A stretch of DNA of 64,000 nt from Parasitella parasitica NRRL 2501 (lineage: Eukaryota > Fungi > Mucoromycota): positions 186,001-250,000 of the forward strand of contig MU619266.1 of the NCBI GenBank assembly GCA_025201805.1, read 5' to 3'. Numbering within the stretch: the stretch's first letter is position 1; each line of letters opens with the position of its first letter. The position numbers were made by a program, and so were the translations under genes. Of the stretch, positions 53,537 to 64,000 are shown one piece after another. A model generated the notes under the pieces. That model was not told the origin of the DNA, made no database searches, and was given only the letters and a program-made list of their open reading frames with translations.

Positions 53537-55873
53537 TTAAACTCTTTGAAATCCAAATATTTCGAGTGCCACAGTAGCATCAATAGTGACACCTTTTTCA
53601 AGATCTGCCTCCACAAGAACTTGTCCTACATAGCCAGGCTCCATTTCTCCAGGTTCTCCGTTTTCCCTTTCACGCTGCTCAGTTACTGCCACCAATACGC
53701 GATCTTCTGGGTCGATGCGGTCACTCTCCAGAATGCCTTCATGGCGGTTCAAACAGTGGATACAGTAATGAATCTTGGTCTTGCTGCGAACATCATTGGA
53801 CATGGTTGGATGTCGTGTGACAGCAGCAGTGCCTGTGGGCAGAGAAGTACCAAAGGACGCAGAAGAGCTGCTTTGCTTTTTGTAATCAGACGGATTACTA
53901 GGCTTCAATGGCTTGGTTCCCTTTTCTTTCTTGATCTGAACCGCTGGCAAGGCAATTTGCTTTGAATCCCGCTGCAATTCAAATCGACACACCAATATGT
54001 TTTCATTCGGATCATGCACTGCATAAAATTCCTCTTCCATTTCCTCTTGCCCTGCAATTTCATCCTTGATTTCGAGTCGGTGGCGAGGCATTACTTGAGC
54101 TTCAATCTGCAGGCGATAAGACACACCAAGAATCGTTTCAGCCTCACTATAAAACATTCTTTTGTACAACATGTACTGGATCTTCGTGGCACTAGTGTCT
54201 ATTCTTTCTTTTTGCGGAGGGCTTTTCCCAATCTCCAATTCTTCAACACCGGCGTTTATAACTTGGCTTCCGGTCGACGGCTCTCCTGCGTGCTCGTTGT
54301 CTGAAACTGACCACACGGATCCACCATCACTCTCCTCGTCATCAAATGCATGCATGTCTTGAGATGATAATACGACTTCTTTCTGTTCACAAGTCCAGCC
54401 ATTCTCCTCAGAAGGCGGTGAGATAAACACGGATGATTTGAACCGAAAGCGAGGGGTCCCAAGCAACAACCGTCTGCGCTTTTGTTGAGCTTCTGATTGA
54501 TCTACGTCGAAATATTCATCCAACGCTGCGCTGCGATCGCCCTCCAAAGTTTGAGGAATAGGATGTCGATTTTCTTGTGTTTGCTGTGTATAGGTCAAGG
54601 GAAATAAAACTCGTTCAAGCGCTTCCCGCTGCCACAACGCTCGAAACACAATGCCTTCGTCCACGATGCCATCTTGGCGTACAGAGGTTAATTGATCAAA
54701 TGTCATGTTGCTATAGGTCACTGTTGTGCGAAGAAGGTAGGATAAGACTGTCGCTTTATCTATGACACCACCGGAAGATGCATCGGCAACCAGTTTTTCG
54801 AATGGTACAAGTGCTGAAAAGCTAAGTCTGTTCAAATGTGGCCCTTGGTGATGCTGTATTTCGCTCACATCTTCAAGGTCTTCAGAAGGTATACGCTTTC
54901 GTTTACGTGAGCGGACTGTATCTGCTGTCAAGAACTTGCCACGGTCGAATCTACCAGTAGATTGCTTGCTGTTTAAAGGTCGAACATATCCAGATAGTCG
55001 TTTTGCATCCTGATCTACAGGTCCTTTGGCTGTCCAGGTGATGTGTCCAACAGACTGCATAAATGCCACCAATACCGACCTCAACAGACAATAACGTTGA
55101 TATTCACTGTTTACGAACAAAGGATCGGCACTGAGTACATCAGCCATATAATCCACAGGAAGCAGAGCTAACCGTTCAGCATTTTCAGGCCCAAAGCGAA
55201 GTAGCAATAAAAGAGCAGCATCTCTCAGTTGCAGATACGAGCTGTGTCCTCTTGGTAGCTGACAGATAGTTTCCAAATCTCTCATAATACTATTCAAAGA
55301 AAGCTGCTCACTGGTGTATCTGTTGACGCAGGCTTGAGTCAGATCATGCACATCCAGTAACACAGCTACAGACAAGATACGCAGAGTATCCTTATCCTGC
55401 ATCCCTTGTAAAAGCTCTTGCTTATTAAGACAGTACATCCACTTTAAGACAAAGCGAATATGCGACGAAAGTAAAGGATTGAGATTGTTTGTAATGTGTT
55501 TCAGGCTATTGTTGGGTGTTTTTTGCCATTGGCGGCGTACAATGTGTTGGAAAGGTGCAAGGACGAATCCACACTGTGTTAAGGCTCTCGCCAGATCAAT
55601 TGTGATGATGGTCACTCCTTGGGCATCCTTCGAGTACTTGATGTTAGACTGTATATCGAAGTCTTCTTCTTGGATATTTAAGTCTATGCTTTCCAGTAAC
55701 TTGCAAAGAAACGGCGATTGGCTCATAATAGATTTGTGTACATTGAACCGCATTGAAAACGGAAAAGAAGGATGAATAAAGACAAGCGATAGATCCGAGA
55801 ACAATGATTTTTCAAACATGGTGTCCAGCAGATGTCTTTCTAATTTCGAGGATGTTTTTTTGTTGGTTGTCAT
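53537..55873 (-). CDS. BTB/POZ-domain protein (778 aa, single exon)
   Basis: FSDLSLVF...FNVHKSIMSQSPFLCKLL...VLKWMY...ILSVAVLLDVHDLTQAC BTB pattern and a BACK-like segment (LFVNSEYQRY). Confidence 0.85.
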   Translation of the reverse strand: MTTNKKTSSKLERHLLDTMFEKSLFSDLSLVFIHPSFPFSMRFNVHKSIMSQSPFLCKLLESIDLNIQEEDFDIQSNIKYSKDAQGVTIITIDLARALTQCGFVLAPFQHIVRRQWQKTPNNSLKHITNNLNPLLSSHIRFVLKWMYCLNKQELLQGMQDKDTLRILSVAVLLDVHDLTQACVNRYTSEQLSLNSIMRDLETICQLPRGHSSYLQLRDAALLLLLRFGPENAERLALLPVDYMADVLSADPLFVNSEYQRYCLLRSVLVAFMQSVGHITWTAKGPVDQDAKRLSGYVRPLNSKQSTGRFDRGKFLTADTVRSRKRKRIPSEDLEDVSEIQHHQGPHLNRLSFSALVPFEKLVADASSGGVIDKATVLSYLLRTTVTYSNMTFDQLTSVRQDGIVDEGIVFRALWQREALERVLFPLTYTQQTQENRHPIPQTLEGDRSAALDEYFDVDQSEAQQKRRRLLLGTPRFRFKSSVFISPPSEENGWTCEQKEVVLSSQDMHAFDDEESDGGSVWSVSDNEHAGEPSTGSQVINAGVEELEIGKSPPQKERIDTSATKIQYMLYKRMFYSEAETILGVSYRLQIEAQVMPRHRLEIKDEIAGQEEMEEEFYAVHDPNENILVCRFELQRDSKQIALPAVQIKKEKGTKPLKPSNPSDYKKQSSSSASFGTSLPTGTAAVTRHPTMSNDVRSKTKIHYCIHCLNRHEGILESDRIDPEDRVLVAVTEQRERENGEPGEMEPGYVGQVLVEADLEKGVTIDATVALEIFGFQRV

Positions 55874-55989
55874 GTCGAACTTGATTTGATGTGAATATGA
55901 AAGGAAAAAGGCTGTTTGGCATCAAAGTAAAACAAGCGCGACTTTGCTCCGAGTCACGCTGACAGACAAAGAAAAAATGGCGTTTCTGC

Positions 55990-56500
55990 CCACAACCTAC
56001 TACTATCGGTCCTTACTGCCTCCGCTCCCCCTTCTCTCCTCACAATAGGAGTCCGAGGCGAAGTGGTCTCTCTCTTTTCGTACTGTGTGGCATCAATCCT
56101 TGCATTCTTTTCGCTTGTCCAATTCAACTCTGGCGGTCCATCTTTCAAACTTACCTCTCTCCGCTCTCCCTCTCTTTTTACCATGATCTCGTCAATCAAC
56201 TGGTCGCCATCTTGGCAAGCACTGACACTCCTTTCTTGCGTGTTAGCCAAATGCCTTGTGCCTCATCTTTGACAGATCAAATCTTTGCATACACGTTACT
56301 GACAGTTTGGCAGGCTCATTGGCGCATGAATTTCAATGGCATCCTGTTTCTCCTTCACCCAGTCATACAGCGTACTGTCGGTGTCTTCTCTGGTCTGGAA
56401 GATGAAATACGGCCTGATTTCCAGATCTCCGACCACACTTATCCTGTTTACTACTATTTCGTTACGTATACCCACCCCAGTCTTTTCATTTCCTCAATAT
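55990..56500 (+). mobile_element. Degenerate non-LTR (LINE) 3' remnant (zinc-knuckle/C-terminal region)
   Basis: Broken frames give LCGINPCILFACP and LLTVWQAHWRMNF, resembling the LINE ORF2 C-terminus; C/T-rich composition. Confidence 0.55.
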
Positions 56501-57389
56501 GACAGTGTGAGAACTTTAAATAATGGAGGTTCAGTAAAAACAAATCGTACTTGAAATTAAAAAACTGTTGCTTTGAAAACGATTGCGCATTATCTCTCAA
56601 AATTGTCATTAGCGCTAATAAGCTTTATTTATTGATGATTTAAAACCATTTCATGACAAAGCTTAGCGTCATATACAATATACAATAAATTAAGTTTTTT
56701 TTAGCATCTTTGAACTCTTTGTTGTATCCGTAGAATCCATTAACTATTATTATATGGAACCGTTGTCATGGCAACCGTTCCTGGATCGGATCTAATGTAT
56801 ATGTTGGTAATTTTAAATAAATAAAATTAAACATGAAATGTCTTGTATAAAAAACCATCTATTTTGATTCTATTTACTCTAAATCATGTAGCTAAACTTG
56901 TCAATGAATGACTCAAAAACTCAATAATTAGCTGATTAATTATAAATACAAGGTTGTAGTTTTGCTTGACAGATATTTGCCAAATATGATCTGATTGTAT
57001 CCATAGAATTGATTCATGTCGATCTATTCTGTGATAGACAACTTCTAATCAAGAAAATTTAAAGTTTTGTGTCTATAATTATGTAGAATCGTTTTTTGTG
57101 CTTATTTTCAAGACCTAGCACAACACCATCATCAAAACTAGTGTAATGCTAATTCACGACATTCAAAAACAACATAAAAAACAACATGTATTTAAAACAA
57201 AGATCAAATACTCAAACCCCAGTTTTTTGTTTTATTTTGCCGCGGACAGAGCTTCACAATATTGAAGACTGAGCTGACTTTTGTTCGCATGTTTTATACA
57301 AAATTAATGTTTTTCGCATAATAAACACATTATAGAAGTAGAACGTAACAGATATATTTATCATAGATATCAGATGTTCGCTTGTAACT

Positions 57390-57902
57390 TGTTGATCTGG
57401 CATAATCTAGGATAAGAGATCATAATAATGTACTTCTTTAATTAAAGAGTGGAGATTGTCCAATGATGTGTTGTTATACTTGTCGAAACAGGAGAATAAA
57501 GTCTTTGTTTCAAATCAGGAAGGTTATCTGTAACACAGATCTGTATGATATTGACAAACAATAAGGTACTGTCAGATCAAAGATCAATAACAGTTGCAGG
57601 ACGTAAAATAATGAAATAATTAATAAACAATTATTTCCCTAAAAAAAAATCAAAGATCAATAACCTTGTAGTATAATAATACATCGTACCCTGTTAAGGA
57701 TATGATGTTGCTTGCAAATTATTCTTATCGATTAGTATCGACTAGTATTTTAAATAAGTCACCAAAAATTTATGTTGTTGTAAAAAGTATAAATAGCAGA
57801 TGCAAAGTTGAATCTTTAATAAAGTACTCTCAAGTCTTCGTATCTCGTTAATTCAACGTTTTATATGATACTTTTCTTATTTCGATCTTGCAGATCTCAA
57901 CA
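57390..57902 (+). mobile_element. Solo LTR-like repeat, family A copy 1
   Basis: Begins TGTTGATCTG and ends CAGATCTCAACA; contains TATAAATA followed by AATAAA; diverged direct repeat of 57922-58331. Confidence 0.6.
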
Positions 57903-57921
57903 ATGAGCACATTTATCGCCT

Positions 57922-58547
57922 TGATCTGCCATAATTATAGATAGGAGATCATGGCAATGTACTTCAATTGAAGATTGAAGATTGTCCAATGATGTGATGT
58001 GATACGCTTGTGTAAATTGGAGAATAAAGTCTCTGTTTCAAATCAAGAAGGTTATTCCTGTAAGTAACACAGATCTGAGCACCAGGATAAAGGTTAAGGC
58101 TCTGTCAGATCAAAGACGTGTAGCCCTTGCTGTATAACCTCATATCGTACCCTGTCAAGTAGATTGTCACTGTGAATTAGTCTTGTCAATTAGTAATCTA
58201 AATAAGTCACCATAAATTTATGTAGTTGTAAAAAGTATAAATAGCAGATGCAATTTCGATCTTAAATAAAGTATCTTTAGTTTTCGTATCTCGTTAACCT
58301 TTGGTTTTTTTATTATCTTTTTGATCCAACATGTTATATCAATAACATGGCAAAGTCTCACATCAGGATCTCAGATCAGTCCCAGGGTCTTACAGTAAAT
58401 CATGGGTAGTCATGATTTACATTATGCAGCTAAACAGTAGAACCCTAGTGTAATGAATGTGTATATAATACATCGAGAGATGTATTATGAATAAAGGTGT
58501 AATTCTTTGGCAGATTTATTTTATCAGACTTTTGACATAACACAACA
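57922..58547 (+). mobile_element. Solo LTR-like repeat, family A copy 2 (with a nested insertion at its end)
   Basis: TG...CA termini with CGCCT on both sides (57917-57921 and 58548-58552); shares blocks such as ttgtaaaaagtataaatagcagatgcaa with copy 1. Confidence 0.6.
58332..58542 (+). mobile_element. Solo LTR, family B (211 bp)
   Basis: TGTTATATC...GACATAACA inverted termini, perfect 5-bp TSD CAACA (58327-58331 and 58543-58547), internal TATA and AATAAA. Confidence 0.75.
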
Positions 58548-59002
58548 CGCCTTAACCTAGCTCGATAAGCACTTTTTTTGGCTCTAAAAAATGTTCCCGT
58601 TCATGCATATCTATATTCTCACGAGGACATCGGCGAGGCCATAGTGATATCTATAAAGTTATCAGATGACATCACAAATTTACATATCAAAATTGCATAT
58701 AATCGCTGATATGCTGCGATAAAGAGCAAATCAAAGCCAGTCTTAAGCGCCAACAAATCAGACATGATCATCGCTATATGAGCATAAGTTGGTGTCGACT
58801 GGGCGATGAGTCTATCAAAAGTTATGTGCAAAAACAGTTATATTTTTCAGTATTTATTGTTATGCCAGTCTCAAAGGGCGCAGCGTAATGTTATGTAAAT
58901 GTTGTTTTTATAAGATAATAAAGACTTTTCTGAATAAAACCAGATACAAAACTGAAGACTTTTATTGACATAAGATATGATCTCTATTTATACTAAAATA
59001 TA

Positions 59003-60514
59003 CACTATTTTCACTTAATGTTGTCGCACATTTGGGAGAACATGTGTCGCACATTTGGAAATAAGCTTGGCGTACTAAATGAAAAAAAACTTGGCGCGCG
59101 CATAGACAAAAATTTGTCTTATTAAAAGGTTTAAATATTGGCGCATATCAAGTACTTGAGGGTTTACATTTTTCTTTGAAAATGAATGCTACTTTTATGC
59201 ATTATGACGGTCAAGGAAATCTTTATAATGACGAAGGCATGGCAGTTACAATAGTGGAAATGGAGGTAGATGAGGAAGATACAAGAGCTCCCGACATTCG
59301 CAAGCATTACAAAGATTCAGAAAAGGAGCAGTAGTTGTTTACCTTGATCTATGAAAAGAGCATGAGTGCCAGAGCTGCAAACAATAAAACTGCAGATCAA
59401 CCCACGCACAGCACAGCGATGGTTTAAAAAAACGATCAAGAGAATCCACAGACATATATTGCAAGGAAAGAAGGTAGTGGAAGACCTGCGGGTAGACCTG
59501 GGTTACTTGACGATAGCCACAAAAAATTTATTGTCGATTTAGTGGACGATCAGCCCTCCCTAGTATTAAATCAAATGATGGAGAATCTGACAGCGTCATT
59601 TATCGAATTAGAAATATCCAAAACGGCTCTCTACTATTTTGTCACTAAAAATTGCAATATTAGTCTGAAGAGAGCTCCTTTTCACTCAGTAGATCGTAAT
59701 AGTCTTGAAAAGATCAAGGAACGAAAGGAGTGGGTAGAAAAATGGATGGACACAGACATCGACTATATGAGCAACTGTGTATTCATCGATGAAGCTGCAA
59801 TTTACATCAACATGAAGCGAACTTTTGCATGGTCAAAAGTAGAGACTAGGGCAGTAGTCAAAGTGCCAAAAACAAAGGCAAAAACAACAACCATCTTGGG
59901 AGCACCATCAGCTCAAGGCGTTGTCAACATTAAAGTAAGACGGCCTCGAGTGCTGCCTTTTTCGAAGAAGAGGAAAACTGCTGGATCAAGTGGGTCTTCC
60001 CAAAAGCAAAGCAGAGGCACTGTTACTGGTCATTATTTCAATTTCTTGAATGACACGATGGATGTCATGGACAAATTTCCAGATGTTTTTAAGGACAATT
60101 ACTTGATAATGGACAACGCCCCGATTCACATAAATGAAGATATCAAAAGTGTTATAGAAGGGCGTGGATATAGATGTGTCTATCTTTTTCCCTATTCACC
60201 TGAGCTCAATCCAACCGAGCAGTTTTGGTCCGTTTGCAAAAGCAAACTAAAAAGGGAGAGGCTTTTAGAAGAAGAAGCGCTTTCATCGAAAATCGCCGAT
60301 GCATGCAATCAAATTCTTCTCAATGATCTCAAAGGATTCTGCAAATATTCTATCGATAGATTTAATGATTCCTTGCAAGAGAAGCCTCTTTAAAAATAAA
60401 CCATAAACGTCGCATTTGTCGCATACAACTTATACGCCATCTTTTCTTCCAAATGTTTTAAAATGTGCGACAAATTTCTTTCAAAGAGTGCGACAACATT
60501 AAGTCAAAATAGTG
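59003..60514 (+). mobile_element. Tc1/IS630-family DNA transposon (DD34E), full-length
   Basis: 27-bp TIRs CACTATTTTCACTTAATGTTGTCGCAC with one mismatch at the right end; TA TSD at 59001-59002 and 60515-60516; subterminal TGTCGCACA repeats. Confidence 0.95.
59182..60393 (+). pseudogene. Disrupted Tc1-like transposase
   Basis: FIDE...MDNAPIH-(34 aa)-SPELNPTE triad; in-frame TAG at 59332 and frameshifts in the HTH region. Confidence 0.9.
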
Positions 60515-60799
60515 TACTTGATAGTTTAATGGGACAAGAAGAACCAACTGTTTATTATATATATATATATATATATAATGGTTAATACAGAGAACCAATT
60601 ACGTGATGGGGACAATTATCAATTGTTGGTTCAGGATGATAAAATATAAATAAGGATTGAAATGAAATGAAATGACTAGACTTGAGCGATTTGATAGTTA
60701 TAATCAATGAAATAGTAGTAATGATAATTAAAAGCTAGGGAAAAAGGGAATGGATAGAATATGAAGGGGACACATATATACACATATAAAAAGAGAGAG

Positions 60800-62793
60800 T
60801 TACTCCTGGAAGTGCTCCAAGTCTTCCCAGCATGCCCGGATGTACTGTTCATCGTCTGCTTCTTCAAGATCTTTGATTGCAGCTTCTATCTTATTCATAA
60901 TTCTGCCCTTTCTTTCACTTGTCTCCCACTCTTTTGTTGCTGATGAATCTGACGATGATTGGGATGATTGGGATGATTGTAAATCTGTGTCAGGAGAGTC
61001 CTCTCGGAAAGTATTAAGAGAGGTGGAATTATTCAGATAGTTTAAATCATCTTGCAAAGCTATTTCGCACATTACTGTAATCTTTTTAAGATTGAGGAGG
61101 ACATGACGCTAAAGCAGAATGCAAGTTTTAGAACGTTGATTAAAACCAGATAAATTACAAGACTTACGAAAAGAGACAGTATGGTAGTAATATAGTCAGC
61201 CAATTGCGAACCAGAGCCGTTGTTTGGAATGCTTGTTTCCTTCTTCACATAATGTAACAGACGATCATCAATTAATTTGGTTCCGTATATGCGAAGAGTC
61301 AGCTTGTTGAAATGACATGAGATAGATTCAATGTAATACGAGCATTCTTTGTAGGGGAGTAGGGTCAGCCAATACTTCAATGAGCTGCTTCTCACGAGAT
61401 CTGCCTTTTCGATGTCATTTTCCGATTTCTTTTCCTTTGGTTTATCCTCGCAGAACAACTGTTCGAAAAACCTGTCATTAGAGTTGGACTCTAAAATGAA
61501 ATCAAGTCTACAATTTTTTTGTTCTGTGGGCAATTGCTTTAACTCCTTCAGAGTCTTGATTATCACAGATTCGCATTCAGCACTACAAGGAAAAAATGAG
61601 AAGTTGAGCAACTGCGTGATTGGAGTCATTTAGAAATCCTTACCGTTTGCTTTCAAAGAGATTGCTCGACAGAAATAAGAGATCAAATGCCTCACTATAC
61701 ACATTTACTCTATACCAGCATTCATTGTGATCCCTCTTCAAGTGATCATGTTTATGCAAGACAATACTATTGGAATAACGCGATTAAAAAAAAGAGACAT
61801 GCTAGAATCAATATCCTATCCAAGTACTTACAACTTCTCCACCAGGATTTTGATAAAAACTAGTTCATCAGCACTTTCAATAACACTAATTGATTCAACA
61901 CTTTCAATAAAATCGTCCATTTTTTTTGCTTCGGATATTTTCTTTAACAGTGCATGCTCTTCAGCCTTAAGTAGCGGGATAAGCAATTCATCCAGCTTCT
62001 TCGTGATCCTATTGGTTATAGCTTGTAATCTTCGAGGGATAATGAAGCTTTGTCTAAAATCAAGGATATCCTTCAAACCACTTTAAAAATGTCAATAAAA
62101 GTTGGCTGACTATCTAAGTGTACGCTTCAACTTACCAACTATCCACAAGTAAAGCAGCTTGTTTGTAATGACTCAATCCCTTGAAGTCTTTAGGCATGAT
62201 TTTTCTTCTTCTCTTTACAGCAGATGATGATGGTGGTGGTGTGGCGACAACAGCAGTAGCAGCCAATGGTGATGATGAAGAGGCGATAGCACCAGACGAC
62301 GCACCGATTTGATCTGTGATAGATGTCGTTAAACGACTCTTGGCGGAAGCCTCTGATTGCTAGTTTATGGATCAACATAGTCAGATTAATAAAGCTACAA
62401 GCAATATTAAAAACTTGCTTTCTCCACATTGGCTTCAATTAACAAACTTGCAGGTCTTGACTTCAAAACACTATCAACATTACTGTAAAGCATATTCGCT
62501 CTTGAAATGACAAAAGGTTTACATTTGGTGTCATTTATCTTGAGTTTCCAGACATCAAAAAGCAATTCCTTTAGTATAACCATCTCGTTGGGTCCATTGA
62601 TAAGATGAAAAGAGCGAGAGACATAAAACAACAAATTCATGTTGGACCAGTTTTTATAACTAGTTTTGGAAACATGTTCGAATAGTAGTTGCACAATATC
62701 CTCCTTTGGAACTATTCATTTTTCAGTAACTATTATTCGTGAGTTTACTTCAGAATATTTACCTTCTACAAGCAGTTGCTTGGTGTCAGCCAT
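60800..62793 (-). CDS. Intact multi-exon gene, putative PD-(D/E)xK (REase-fold, Crinkler-effector-like) protein
   Basis: Spliced MADTKQLLVE|VPKEDIVQ...NVEK|QSEASAK...KRRRK...|...DHNECWYRVNVYSEAFD...KR|AECES...CRLDFILES...EQLFCEDKP.....NDIEK...LSLF|RHVLLNL...DLEHFQE*; consistent splice phases and no internal stops. Confidence 0.7.
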
Positions 62794-62940
62794 GATGCGA
62801 TGATAGTAAATGAGTTGAAAGCTTTGCGAAAGGAACAAAACACGAGAAATGATGACGTAAATAACTTCATAAAAAAAAATCGCCTTTTCTTTTGGGGGCT
62901 CTTTATCTCTCGACTATTGCAGGTAATGTTATAAACGCTT

Positions 62941-63233
62941 GTAGTGGACTAGGGCTTTCCATCTTGCTAGGTGATAGTTATGGCCGTGTATCATAGATCA
63001 CTCCCTAGTCAAACATTTCACTTCCCGGCTGCATCTGTGGAGCGTAATTGCTTGGAGATAGCATAAACCGTGTCTTGGAGGAAAGTGTCCCATTCACCTA
63101 CCTGAGTGATAGTTATGGCCGTGTATCATAGATCACTCCTCAGGTAGGCATGGTAGTGTGAAGGTCTCACCCGTGGGGCGTAATTGCTTAGGGGTAGAGT
63201 AGCAGGCGCACTACCGAATGCTTACTTCACTAC
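62941..63233 (+). ncRNA. Putative structured ncRNA with two tandem ~135-nt two-hairpin units
   Basis: Identical 34-nt core at 62971 and 63106 and a near-identical 17-nt core at 63037 and 63173, each closed by different but complementary stems. G-U wobbles favour the + strand. Confidence 0.6.
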
Positions 63234-63620
63234 TTTATTGATAATATGAGTTGAACTGTGCTAACCCAATCTTTATACATATATATATGAACATGATAAC
63301 ACTATATTGGATTGAGGCGTAATCTGCGAAAAAACGTTAGTGAACAAGCATTATATACTTTTCTATTGGCTTTTCGGTGTATTGTGTGTCTGGTCATTTG
63401 TAAGCGATCGAACTTTTAGAATGTCTGTTTCCAAGGTGTTTAGCTATGGTATCCCAATATGCTGGCATGGATTCTCGCTGCTGTAATTTTTGCTTGTAAA
63501 TTTGGTCGAATGTTTTTGAAGTAGATAGGCATGCATACACAATTAAAAACAAAGTTTAATGTTAAGCTCAAAAGCGTGAGTTATAGACACGGTATTTTAT
63601 GTAGTGGTGCAAGTGCAGTA

Positions 63621-64000
63621 CACTATTATTTGGTTGACCATGACATAAATCAACTATATTTTCACTTAATGTTGTCGCACTCTTTGAAAGAAATTTGTCG
63701 CACATTTTAAAACATTTGGAAGAAAAGATGGCGTATAAGTTGTATGCGACAAATGCGACGTTTATGGTTTATTTTTAAAGAGGCTTCTCTTGCAAGGAAT
63801 CATTAAATCTATCGATAGAATATTTGCAGAATCCTTTGAGATCATTGAGAAGAATTTGATTGCATGCATCGGCGATTTTCGATGAAAGCGCTTCTTCTAA
63901 AAGCCTCTCCCTTTTTAGTTTGCTTTTGCAAACGGACCAAAACTGCTCGGTTGGATTGAGCTCAGGTGAATAGGGAAAAAGATAGACACATCTATATCCA
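63621..64000 (-). mobile_element. Second, inverted copy of the same Tc1 element (right end; continues past the window)
   Basis: 63657-64000 is the near-identical reverse complement of ~60170-60511; TA at 63619-63620; TIR interrupted by a 31-bp insert. Confidence 0.93.

Noticed and set aside
62971-63189. CRISPR-like array reading of the 34-bp direct repeat
   Set aside because: Only two copies, the ~100-nt 'spacer' is itself structured and partly conserved, there are no cas genes, and the context is eukaryotic.
62941-63233. tRNA, 5S rRNA or U1 identity for the structured element (GGCGTAATTG and ACGGCCATA resemble parts of these)
   Set aside because: No cloverleaf or T-loop GTTC, no continuing 5S similarity, and no ATACTTACCT 5' end.

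Overview
AT-rich, intron-dense fungal DNA, most consistent with Mucorales (Rhizopus-like). This is inferred from gene content, short introns and transposon types. About 28 spliced protein-coding genes were reconstructed by hand: urease 5' end, HSL-type hydrolase, CP2/Grainyhead TF, cytochrome P450, sulfotransferase-like protein, PPAT, Pex4-like E2, Fet3-type ferroxidase, CAP-Gly protein, bHLH TF, complex I NDUFA7/NUZM, Mtm1-like carrier, C1D, Kre33/NAT10, CobW/Zng1, ferric reductase, Fe-S serine dehydratase, NPP1, TBL/PC-esterase, BTB protein and others. The last 8 kb is a mobile-element zone with a LINE remnant, nested solo LTRs and two inverted Tc1 DD34E copies. Main highlights: (1) between the inverted Tc1 copies lie an intact spliced PD-(D/E)xK-like gene and, divergent from it, a ~290-nt probable structured ncRNA made of two ~135-nt units with conserved cores and replaced but still complementary stems; (2) a Ftr1-like permease lacking both REXXE motifs sits head-to-head with an apparently intact Fet3; (3) a protein carries a TPX2-like Aurora-binding N-terminus in a short first exon. 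All family calls come from recognised motifs, with no database searches, and exon boundaries are manual.
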